Positions 55,652 through 64,000 of a stretch of 64,000 nucleotides of DNA are shown here, piece after piece. Position 1 is the first letter of the stretch; each line of letters begins with the position of its first letter. The notes under the pieces were generated by a model, which had not been told where the DNA came from, ran no database searches, and was given only the letters and a program-made list of their open reading frames with translations. The translations under genes were made by a program, and so were the position numbers. This stretch comes from an uncultured Owenweeksia sp. (lineage in GTDB: Bacteria > Bacteroidota > Bacteroidia > Flavobacteriales > Schleiferiaceae): positions 41,466 through 105,465 of the forward strand of contig CAZAJG010000006.1 in assembly GCA_964485405.1 (NCBI GenBank). The letters run 5' to 3'.

Positions 55652-58600
55652 CTAAGGAGTTTTAATGACCTTTTTCTTCGCGTGCCCGTGCCTTTTACCA
55701 CTTCTTTCTGTTAATCCAAGTATTTTCCGAACTTTATTCTCTGTTTGGACAGAAGTATCTTTATTCGAATTTGTAAATATGTCAAAAACATGACCCAAAA
55801 GCTCATGTGCCGTTGTAGCGTTGATTTCTGTTGCCAACGGATTGCCATTATTGTCCTCGTTTGTTTTATTTCCCTGAGTAGAAGGATCAACGAGCACCAA
55901 TCCATTTTCTAAATTCTTCCCGGTTGATAAACTTTGGAAAGCAAATGTCCCTCCACCTCCAGCGATTGTACCTTCAAACTCTTTTATTATTGGAACCTCC
56001 GTTTTTACCTTAGGGTTAAGTGGATCTATCTTCCTTGTAACCGTTCCATCTTTGGGGTTAATCTTATCGACATAGTTATCTACCACTTCAATAGTGCTTC
56101 CCACTTGGTTTTTCACAGATCCAACTGTTCCAAGCTTAAACAAGATAGTATAAGAATCATTGCTTGCAACTTCATTTAACCTGTTAGCCAAATCCTTTTG
56201 ATCATTCGAAAATGTCTCCATCGCTTTTTTTAGTTTTCTTCTGTTTACCTTGATTCCTTTTTTGGTTACCTTAAAGCCTGACTTCTTTCCAAAAACAGAA
56301 CCAACAAAAGCGTTAAGATGTTTAACTTCCTCTTTCCCAGCTGGTATAACTTTGCGCCCATCAGGGTCTAAAAAAGTGATTGGAGAGTTTGCGGCAAAAT
56401 TATAAGGAGACAAATGAGGGTATTTGGACATAAGAGGATCCAAACTCATCCACCTCCCAATCCTCGAATCATAAATCCTTGCTCCAAAATCCAAAGAATT
56501 TCCGGCACCTTTCACCTCATCATCCTTCTCCATCCCATTAAACCCATACCGATAATCCTCCCCACTAGCAAAGCGCCCGGGCATTTGCATTCCAAAAGGA
56601 TAATAATCCTGATACGCCACCACATCTGCCTCTCTTAAGATTCCAGGGCTTTGCTTGGTGATTTCAGCATTGTCTACCGTAAAATGCCAAGGCTGCGTTC
56701 TGTTGGTGCTGGTTACTAAAACGTAGAGCCAAATATTTCGAGTTCCACTGACTCCAGGCACGGTAAAGCTTACACCTTTAGTGCCTTGCCCACCTGTATA
56801 GTTACTTCCAATATTCGTAGAGCCTACGGTGCGGTCTTGTACCAAAAGCCTAACAGAAGGTGGATAAGGATAAGCTCCTAACCCGGTGTAAGTGCCTAAA
56901 TCTACACGAAACGTATAGGTTTGTCCGGCTTCCAGATCTATTTTTAAAATGGGAGCTCCATAGGATGTACTGGTTTCCACCAGCATTTTTTGACCTATAT
57001 TGGTAAGGATAGTGGGAGGATTACCTCCTGTATTATTGGCTCCATGCGGATACCATCCCATGAGGGTTCCATCATCAAAGTCATGATTTACCGTAAAACC
57101 GCCATCGCTCTCAAAAAGTGGGGCATCACTTACCGTGGCTAAAACATTGCCTAAATGGTTTTTCAGCTCATAACTTTTGTGGGAGAGTTTTCTCGTATAA
57201 TCTGTTGCTACTCCATCTACCGTTACGGCAGAGGTATAAGGGTTGAGCACTCCTAACCTGTCTGAGCCAAACACATTGAGTTCGGCTAAAGAAGCACTAC
57301 TTTGCCCGGCTTCCTGAGTGTAAGTGGCCATGGCGTTACCGCTGGCATCTCGTACATAAAAGGTCTTTTTAGCACCACCACTTCCGGGAACTTCTTTCTC
57401 TATCCGATTGCCCAGGGCATCGTATTTAAAATCAATTTGATCGCCTCCCGTTTTTTGTACAGATTTCACCTTTCCGGATACTGTCCAGTCAATGTTGTCA
57501 ATATCCTGCCCGTCATCTGAGGTAAGATTCCCTATGGCATCATAAGTGTAGTTCCCTCCAGTGGTGATGTCGTTTCCTGTGGTATTTAATTCTGCTTCCC
57601 CTAAATGTACCAAACGGTTCCGTTTGTAATCTACACTTGGATCAAAATAGCTGTAAGTGAAATTATCAATCTGAGTTCCCGTTTCGCGTTTGCGTGTTAA
57701 ATGGGTGAGGTTCCCATTTTTATCATAGGCATAGGTGGCTCCATATCCTCCATCTGTGGTGTTGGCGGTTAATGCATCGTTAGAAGAGCTTAAATCAGCA
57801 TCGGCATAGGTATTAAAAGAAGTAATTCGATTTAACTGATCATAGCGATAACTGTTTAAGTTGGCCTCAATGGCTTGCTGCGTATTGTCTCGCATTTGAT
57901 TGCTCATAGCCGAGATGTTCCCGTTGTATAAATCGTTTGCCGTAATAGCTGCTGGTATATTACGCACTATGGGTTGATTGGAAAGCGTTCCGATAGCGCT
58001 ATAATCTCCGCTGTAGTAGGATAAAGAATAGGCAAAAGCATCACGTCCTACATAAGGGTTAGTTCCTCCTATACTTTTCCCATCTTGTCCTAAATCAAAA
58101 GATTGATTGGGGTTATTGGTTCCTAAGGTGGAGCTGTTTACGGTTTTTAACCATCCTTGTAAGGTATAAGCAAAATCTTGCCCCTGAATTAGGTGTTCTC
58201 CTAATTCAATTCGGGCTAAAGGCCCGTGTGGGTAATAGTAGTAAGCCGCTTCTCTATCCCATATTTCATCGTTTAAGCTGGTTTCTACATATTGAATCCG
58301 GTTGTCTGCATCATAGGTGTAACGGTGGTAAAAGGCGTTGGTTTTACCGGGTTCGTAGGATACTTTTTTTACGTTTCCATTTAACAGATCGTAATCGTAA
58401 GCTATGGTGATGAAGTTATGGCCGGCAGCACTTAAATCCTCGCTGTAGGAGTAGAGGGTTTTTACATTGCCCAACACATCGTAATCATACAAATACGCAT
58501 GATCTGGCAAAGCGTAGCTGAAATCCCCTAAAGCATCTGCTGCTGGATTGTGTATATCCAAAATGGCGTTACTTAAACTCGGGTAATAAAAAGTGGCCGA

Positions 58601-61600
58601 TACTCGGTTTTGCAAATACTCTTGATCCATATTTACGCTGATGGCCGTATACGCTTGATCGTATAGTGTATGTGTAACTTCCGTTCTACTGTGGAGGTTG
58701 GTGAGCATAAAATCTTCTTCTACCAATTGCCCAAAAGGGGGTGGGGTGGATAGGGAGCATTCCCCGGCTTCTACTACTCTTCCCAATTCATCATACAGAC
58801 TATAGCTGTAGGTAGAAACACTTGCTTGTTTGGCATTTTGCGATAATACAATACGCCCTAAACGATCGTACCAAAATTTAGATTCTCCACCATCGGGTGT
58901 AAACTGCTGGATGATTTGGTTGAGGGTGTTGTAGCGGTAATGGGTTTGAAAATCATGCTCTGGACGGATAAAAGGTCGCTGGCTGTCTTTGCGATGATCT
59001 TCTACATCACTCAGTTTTACTCCACCTTGTATAGCGGCCTCTGCCGGGATTATTTTCACCCCTTCTGGTGGAACCGTTTTTATCAAGTTTCCGGATTGAT
59101 CGTAGTAGTAGAGGGTAAATTGGTATTCATCAATTTCATAACCCAGGGTAAAATTTTCTGTAGTTAATACTTGCTGGCGACAGCTTTCAAGATAGGCTGC
59201 TCGTATTTGGTCTAAAAGATCTTCTACCTCCAATAGGTATTGGGCTAAAGCGGATTGTTCTGCTTCATGTTGAGCTGCTGCAAGGCAATCTGCTAAAGGA
59301 TCGTAATCCGGGGCCATAGAAGCTGGGCCATCAAAATCGTTTCCATATACACAGCTGTTGAAGTAGGGGTTAGCAAAAATAAATTTGAGCGAAGTATATT
59401 CTTGAGATTGGCAATCGGTGTAAATGGTTTGTAATTGAGCAACGGTAGGAGAAGAACCTACTTGCGCTGTAATTTCATTTTCTACATCACTCCAGTTGGG
59501 GCCAAAATCATTGTACAGATTATCTAAATTGTTGCATAGGCAATCTCTTAACTCTTGATCATCAGGAACATCTTGAAGATTTTCATTAAAAAATTCAGTT
59601 AATGCCGCTAAATCTCCAAACTCTCCTATGTTGTCAAAAAGCATATTAGGTGGAAATACGAGTTGCCATCCGTTTAAGGCAGAAGTGAGTCCATCGTAAT
59701 CATCTCTATCGTCATCTTGCGGATTGGGCACACATAGTTCACTGTATTTAACCATATTGTATATGGCCATTTCTCGATAAAAAAGATAAATGCTTCTAAA
59801 AAACTCATACTTATTCATGCTATCAAACATGGGGTTTTCCACTCCACCACCACCATGCAGCTGGTTGTAAAAGTTGATGATATCCGCAGGCAGGTTTGCC
59901 GTATTCCCTTGGGCAATATCGTCCGGATCATTTAACACATACCAAATACTATGTGATACTGGATCAGAGGAGTTTGTGGGTGTAAAAGTGATGAAGTTCA
60001 TTAAGCGGTTCATGATATCACCTCTCATTAAATCTGCTCCATGGGGTTGATGCGATTCATTGGATAAAAGCTCACAACTGGCAACGGTAAGATCGAAAGC
60101 ATCGGAACCATCTACTATAAGTTCATCGGAACCTAAAACATCGTAATTGATGTACCCGCTATTATCCATATCCTGCCCGTATGTATTGAGGTTGATCCCC
60201 ATAGCCAATGGATTGAAAAAATTATGATTGGGGTGGGTAGTGGCATATTCCATTGTATTACCCCGGTTCATCAGGTTGATATAGCCCCAATTCAAATCGT
60301 TAGTGCTCAGACATTCGCAGTAAAGCTCGTAGGTGCAATATTCTGGATGTAGATGCATAATAGCTGCGGACATGCTTTCATCCCAATTGTCTCGTGCCTC
60401 TTGCCAGCTGGTAAAGCTTATGCTTGAATTAACAGCAGTAGCTAAAGCTCCAGGTGTGGCAAAATGAGAAGCCAACCAGTCAAACCAATTCTGATTGGGA
60501 TCGTAGTCTCTCGATCCATCTGGGTTTAAAAGGATGGCTTTGGTATCTGTATCATATTGCAAGCGAGGAGCAATGTTGTCAAAATATTGCCCTCCCGGAC
60601 TTAAAGAGTTAATGATTTGCTTGTACTTAATTCCGCAGAAGTCAATATCCGTAATTTTCTCATCGGCCTCTTCGCATAGGTTTTGGCAATTGGTAATGGC
60701 CATTGTTACTGGATCGTTGGGATCATTGGGATCGTAGGAGGTGTAGGTATTGCCACTGGCATCTAAATATTGCGAAACGCCATTTACTACCATAACGTAA
60801 GCCTGTAAGCAGGAGATGCTACAGTTTGGAGTGCTGCAATCTACATCAGAAGGAAGAACTTGATAATTTGCACATGGAGCCAACTCATTGTCTAAGTAAA
60901 CTGAGGAAAAAGAATAACCAAATCTCAATCCATCAATAGCCGTTTCTAAGGCTGTGAAATTTGGTTTAATAGTACGCTTCAGCATGTATTGGCCCGGTAA
61001 AAGTGTAACTTCTTTGGAGCCGCTTAAAGGTTCGTTGCTGCTGGTATAACTCCCAATTCTTTCCAGCATCAAATCTCCGGTACGTATGTTTATCAGTTTT
61101 ATTTCAATCTCAAAAAGGCCTGAGTTTTCTGGAAATCCCATTCCAATAAGATCGCCCAGTGCAGTTGTACAAACGGGGTTAAATGGCACTTCTCCCAGAC
61201 TGTAGGTAAAAGTATAATTCCCAACTACCGGTGCGGTTACAATAGTAAAATCCTCAAAAACAGCTTGAGATGTTTCGGTTTTGGTTTTAAAAAGATTGGA
61301 AACAATTTCCTCCGGATTTCTGGGTAAAGCATCCATACCGGATGGAGTGTTGCCACTTAAGCAAGTGGCCACCACCCGGTTAGAGCCATCCTTATAGGTA
61401 ATACTTATTTGGCTATTTTCATCAATTTGGTAGTCTTTGCTGTAGTTAATACTCAAGCCTGCCTCGTTTCCAAAAAGCCGATCTAGCTCTTCTTGCTTAG
61501 GACGACCGTAAATAAAGGTTTTGTTTTTCCCTTCTTTCATGGCATAGGTATCCCCTGGAGCACTTTGTTGAATTACCCGGCCTGTACCATTGTTATCGTA

Positions 61601-63085
61601 TAACATTTGGCTATAAGGGTAGCCCTTAGCATCGGGAATAAAATCCCTAAAATCCGATTGTATGGAATTGGACGGGGAATAGTATTGTGTGGCTAAAGCG
61701 GCAGCATCTAGCTCAGCTGGAGTTTCACCTGTTCCGGAGGTTACTTGATCTAAACGGGTATCGCTAAAATAATTTGCAGGAGTAAAGTTGGGGTTAGCCG
61801 CATAGTATTGTAATCCTTGAGAGGTAACTGGTGCCGGCATAAGCTGTATGGAAGGACGACCTGCATAGTCGTATTCACTTTCAGATACAACGGCATTGCC
61901 ATCAGAACTTAACAGGCTTACGCTTTGCTTGTTTCGCCCTAACCCATCAAAAAATTGAAGCTGATCTTTACGAAGACCATTTTCCGCAAAAACAGAGGTG
62001 TATTCCCAGTTTAAATTCTCATTTAAAATCTCTGTTCCATCAATGTAGTGGTAAAAGAAGTTTCCTACCGTGTTGCTTTGCTCCGTTTGTATAGCGCTAA
62101 TGGTTGACGTGGATGGCGTGTAACTCCATGCACTGTATTGATATTCTCCACTCGCATCTTGAGATACTAATCTGTATCTATGGATAAGAGATCCTCTAGA
62201 AAACTCCATCGGTAAAGCATAGTAATTCTCACGGATACGGATGCGATTTGCGTCCTTAAAATTTACCGGGATACTTAAGTTTTTATGGTCACCATTTTTT
62301 ATTCCATCCGAGATAAAGAGCCATTCTATTTCATAATAATCTGCACCCGGAGAAAAAGGATATTCGAGATTAAAGTAACGGTTGGTTACATCGGATGTAA
62401 GCACGGCTCCGCTAGGGTTAGAACTGCTTACATCTACATAGCGTTTTGATGCTATCTCTATTTCGATAAAGGTGTTTTTTGGAGCAACATTGGCGTTGTA
62501 CGTGGTTCCATCAAACTTCTTTACCGTTATGGATGTACCTGTAATTTTAGCCTTTATCACATCATGTATTCCTATTAGGCCTCCTCCCGCATCATAATAA
62601 CTGTAGTTGCGTTCTACGTAATCTATAATTTCACCTCCTTCGGTTACATCATATCTAACTTTTAAAGCTTGATTATTTAAGGTTACTGTATCGCGCGTTT
62701 TAGCTCCAACCGGTCCAATTAACTGGATATATTCTAAACTATATTTTACCTCAACTTCAAAGGATGTTCCTGCCAAATAGAGGTCTGGATCACTCTCATA
62801 ATCTCTATCAAAATAAAGTTTCACTTTTAGCTGATCCTTTTCAGCAGTGGAAAGGTAGTTGTTGCTCAGGTTAAGCTCATCTCGGTTAGACACGTCTAAC
62901 CAATAAGAAAGCCCGCCTGTTGGAACAAATTGATTTACAGATACAGAAGAGGCTATTTTTTCTTCTCCTCCAGCTTGAAGCGATATACAAGCCAGACTCA
63001 ACAAAAAACTAAGACCTATCTGCTTTAAAAGGCGTACACCATTTTTGGTCTGAACTGCCATAGGGTTATTCAAAGTATTTTTCAT
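55652..63085 (-). CDS. 2477-aa Rhs/YD-repeat polymorphic-toxin-type protein with Sec signal, DUF6443-like module, Cys-containing unknown region, YD shell, RHS core and 234-aa C-terminal tip
   Basis: N-terminal hydrophobic signal (LLKQIGLSFLLSLACISLQAG). FFDGLGRNKQSV...SEYDYAGRPSIQLMPAPV resembles DUF6443 (from memory). At least 10 YD repeats, e.g. YYYDQSGNLIKTV, YDYDVLGNVKTLY, YTYDADNRIQYVE, YAYDKNGNLTHLT, YTYDAIGNLTSDD, FKYDALGNRIEKE. Core motif YDSRIGRWMSLDPLMSKYPHLSPYNFAANSPITFLDPDG. Confidence 0.9.
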   Translation of the reverse strand: MKNTLNNPMAVQTKNGVRLLKQIGLSFLLSLACISLQAGGEEKIASSVSVNQFVPTGGLSYWLDVSNRDELNLSNNYLSTAEKDQLKVKLYFDRDYESDPDLYLAGTSFEVEVKYSLEYIQLIGPVGAKTRDTVTLNNQALKVRYDVTEGGEIIDYVERNYSYYDAGGGLIGIHDVIKAKITGTSITVKKFDGTTYNANVAPKNTFIEIEIASKRYVDVSSSNPSGAVLTSDVTNRYFNLEYPFSPGADYYEIEWLFISDGIKNGDHKNLSIPVNFKDANRIRIRENYYALPMEFSRGSLIHRYRLVSQDASGEYQYSAWSYTPSTSTISAIQTEQSNTVGNFFYHYIDGTEILNENLNWEYTSVFAENGLRKDQLQFFDGLGRNKQSVSLLSSDGNAVVSESEYDYAGRPSIQLMPAPVTSQGLQYYAANPNFTPANYFSDTRLDQVTSGTGETPAELDAAALATQYYSPSNSIQSDFRDFIPDAKGYPYSQMLYDNNGTGRVIQQSAPGDTYAMKEGKNKTFIYGRPKQEELDRLFGNEAGLSINYSKDYQIDENSQISITYKDGSNRVVATCLSGNTPSGMDALPRNPEEIVSNLFKTKTETSQAVFEDFTIVTAPVVGNYTFTYSLGEVPFNPVCTTALGDLIGMGFPENSGLFEIEIKLINIRTGDLMLERIGSYTSSNEPLSGSKEVTLLPGQYMLKRTIKPNFTALETAIDGLRFGYSFSSVYLDNELAPCANYQVLPSDVDCSTPNCSISCLQAYVMVVNGVSQYLDASGNTYTSYDPNDPNDPVTMAITNCQNLCEEADEKITDIDFCGIKYKQIINSLSPGGQYFDNIAPRLQYDTDTKAILLNPDGSRDYDPNQNWFDWLASHFATPGALATAVNSSISFTSWQEARDNWDESMSAAIMHLHPEYCTYELYCECLSTNDLNWGYINLMNRGNTMEYATTHPNHNFFNPLAMGINLNTYGQDMDNSGYINYDVLGSDELIVDGSDAFDLTVASCELLSNESHQPHGADLMRGDIMNRLMNFITFTPTNSSDPVSHSIWYVLNDPDDIAQGNTANLPADIINFYNQLHGGGGVENPMFDSMNKYEFFRSIYLFYREMAIYNMVKYSELCVPNPQDDDRDDYDGLTSALNGWQLVFPPNMLFDNIGEFGDLAALTEFFNENLQDVPDDQELRDCLCNNLDNLYNDFGPNWSDVENEITAQVGSSPTVAQLQTIYTDCQSQEYTSLKFIFANPYFNSCVYGNDFDGPASMAPDYDPLADCLAAAQHEAEQSALAQYLLEVEDLLDQIRAAYLESCRQQVLTTENFTLGYEIDEYQFTLYYYDQSGNLIKTVPPEGVKIIPAEAAIQGGVKLSDVEDHRKDSQRPFIRPEHDFQTHYRYNTLNQIIQQFTPDGGESKFWYDRLGRIVLSQNAKQASVSTYSYSLYDELGRVVEAGECSLSTPPPFGQLVEEDFMLTNLHSRTEVTHTLYDQAYTAISVNMDQEYLQNRVSATFYYPSLSNAILDIHNPAADALGDFSYALPDHAYLYDYDVLGNVKTLYSYSEDLSAAGHNFITIAYDYDLLNGNVKKVSYEPGKTNAFYHRYTYDADNRIQYVETSLNDEIWDREAAYYYYPHGPLARIELGEHLIQGQDFAYTLQGWLKTVNSSTLGTNNPNQSFDLGQDGKSIGGTNPYVGRDAFAYSLSYYSGDYSAIGTLSNQPIVRNIPAAITANDLYNGNISAMSNQMRDNTQQAIEANLNSYRYDQLNRITSFNTYADADLSSSNDALTANTTDGGYGATYAYDKNGNLTHLTRKRETGTQIDNFTYSYFDPSVDYKRNRLVHLGEAELNTTGNDITTGGNYTYDAIGNLTSDDGQDIDNIDWTVSGKVKSVQKTGGDQIDFKYDALGNRIEKEVPGSGGAKKTFYVRDASGNAMATYTQEAGQSSASLAELNVFGSDRLGVLNPYTSAVTVDGVATDYTRKLSHKSYELKNHLGNVLATVSDAPLFESDGGFTVNHDFDDGTLMGWYPHGANNTGGNPPTILTNIGQKMLVETSTSYGAPILKIDLEAGQTYTFRVDLGTYTGLGAYPYPPSVRLLVQDRTVGSTNIGSNYTGGQGTKGVSFTVPGVSGTRNIWLYVLVTSTNRTQPWHFTVDNAEITKQSPGILREADVVAYQDYYPFGMQMPGRFASGEDYRYGFNGMEKDDEVKGAGNSLDFGARIYDSRIGRWMSLDPLMSKYPHLSPYNFAANSPITFLDPDGRKVIPAGKEEVKHLNAFVGSVFGKKSGFKVTKKGIKVNRRKLKKAMETFSNDQKDLANRLNEVASNDSYTILFKLGTVGSVKNQVGSTIEVVDNYVDKINPKDGTVTRKIDPLNPKVKTEVPIIKEFEGTIAGGGGTFAFQSLSTGKNLENGLVLVDPSTQGNKTNEDNNGNPLATEINATTAHELLGHVFDIFTNSNKDTSVQTENKVRKILGLTERSGKRHGHAKKKVIKTP
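55655..56356 (-). other. Rhs C-terminal variable (toxin) domain, 234 aa, containing HELLGH at 55790-55807
   Basis: This is the sequence after DPDG. It has no YD repeats, is Lys-rich, and has a GGGG loop. AHELLGHV has HEx3H spacing. No family recognised. Confidence 0.55.
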
Positions 63086-63095
63086 GATGTTTTGG

Positions 63096-64000
63096 TTATT
63101 TTTTGAGGTGCACTATGTTGTTAGATACAGTATGGATTCCTCTATCGGTTTCCTTTTTCACATAAGCTAGTTTTCCTTCTTCGTTGTACCCATAAAAGGT
63201 GGTAAAGTTGTTGGCATCCATTTGAGCGATCAATCTGTAGGTATCTAAATCATACACATAAGTTGTAATGGCTGCATCAGCAGGGTAAAAACGGATATCG
63301 TCTATAACTCCATTGCCATTAAAGCTGATGGACCTACTCGTGGAGGATTTATCTGTTTTAAAGGTGTAGGTAATTAAATCCCAGCCATCTATATTGGAGG
63401 CGTCTTTGGTTACATATTCGTCTGCGACAGAGGTTGTAACCAGAGGGGTTCCCGACTGTTGCCAAAAGCTAAGTCTATACAATTTATCTTTTAGCAGATC
63501 CGTTAAGTTTAAGTTACTGGAAGAGTTTACATTAAGCGATTGGTCACCCGTATGGCTTAGAGAAGAGTTAATACTTGCCCCAGAGGAAAAGTTAATATGT
63601 CCTCTAAGTCCTGGCCAAGCACCGCTAAAACCTTCAAAATTTTGGTATCCTATTTCATCGTAAGCCGCATTGATTGCATTGGCAGTAACCAAGGTTCTAT
63701 CTTCATTAAAAAGCTCACACGAGTAAATTCCCAAAGCATCACGGTTTTCCAATTGATTTCCGAAAGGGTCGTACTTGGTTATTTCACCGGTATTTAACCA
63801 TTGCTTATTCTTATCCACCGAAGCCGTAAAGTTGTAATCTACATAGGCTGTATAGCTTCCATCCTCCTGCATTTTGGTTTCATAAAAACCATCGGTAGCG
63901 ATCTCATCTGTATAAGTTCTGGTACTTATACTTTTTAAACTTTGCACAGGTCTGTACAGGTGCTTATGCTTATACCGTACAGGCTTTTGTGTAGTAACTT
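63096..64000 (-). CDS. C-terminal ~300 codons of a larger YD-repeat-like protein; the N-terminus lies beyond the window
   Basis: The track starts this ORF at GTG 63947, but I checked that the frame stays open to position 64000. YD-like strands (ITKYDPFGNQLENRDALG, YVYDLDTYRLIAQMD, FYGYNEEGKLAYVKKE) flank a ~150-aa inserted module ending IDDIRFYPADAAITTY. The stop lies 10 nt before the Rhs ATG. Confidence 0.75.
   Translation of the reverse strand, partial: VTTQKPVRYKHKHLYRPVQSLKSISTRTYTDEIATDGFYETKMQEDGSYTAYVDYNFTASVDKNKQWLNTGEITKYDPFGNQLENRDALGIYSCELFNEDRTLVTANAINAAYDEIGYQNFEGFSGAWPGLRGHINFSSGASINSSLSHTGDQSLNVNSSSNLNLTDLLKDKLYRLSFWQQSGTPLVTTSVADEYVTKDASNIDGWDLITYTFKTDKSSTSRSISFNGNGVIDDIRFYPADAAITTYVYDLDTYRLIAQMDANNFTTFYGYNEEGKLAYVKKETDRGIHTVSNNIVHLKK

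Noticed and set aside
55790-55807. Calling the Rhs tip a canonical HExxH zincin metalloprotease
   Set aside because: The motif is H-E-L-L-G-H, with three residues between Glu and the second His. It does not fit HExxH. It is kept only as an HEx3H observation that needs a structural test.
55652-64000. Interpreting the two YD proteins as a classical Tc toxin TcB/TcC pair
   Set aside because: The downstream protein has its own Sec-type signal and a 1300-residue N-terminal extension. No SpvB or TcA-like sequence is visible in the window. This is only an analogy, not a call.

Overview
Bacteroidota-type chromosomal segment, judged from T9SS C-terminal sorting domains, SprB repeats, TAnnTTTG-type -7 boxes and the absence of Shine-Dalgarno signals. 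No tRNA, rRNA, CRISPR array, transposase or integrase was seen. Positions 1-25.6 kb are ordinary housekeeping. They hold polA (cut by the window edge and missing from the ORF track), a membrane metallophosphoesterase, tdh, trhO, hmgA and hppD, a DUF5686-like protein, an MMPL/RND transporter, rfbA, a polyprenyl synthase, sucAB, a TatD-family hydrolase and ansA. From about 25.7 kb to the end the window is a mostly minus-strand cell-surface and secretome region. It contains (i) a TPR/HisKA_2 kinase plus LytTR regulator, a 409-bp repeat-bearing leader, a 1897-aa mosaic protein with no sorting domain, a 1930-aa T9SS-CTD protein and a coiled-coil OmpA-like protein. It also contains (ii) an ECF sigma/anti-sigma pair led by an unknown secreted protein, (iii) an ATP-grasp gene with a 63-aa two-TM protein, and (iv) a second LytTR regulator with a propeller/LytS-type kinase. 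The last part (v) holds two T9SS cargo genes and a 2477-aa Sec-signal Rhs/YD protein, preceded 10 nt upstream by the tail of another YD-type giant. The Rhs protein ends in a 234-aa tip carrying HELLGH (HEx3H spacing) and has no immunity-sized ORF downstream. I consider this Rhs locus (53.9-64.0 kb) the best candidate for an undescribed system, followed by the giant-protein/OmpA module. All family names come from motif recognition and memory, not database searches. Coordinates of small elements were counted by hand.
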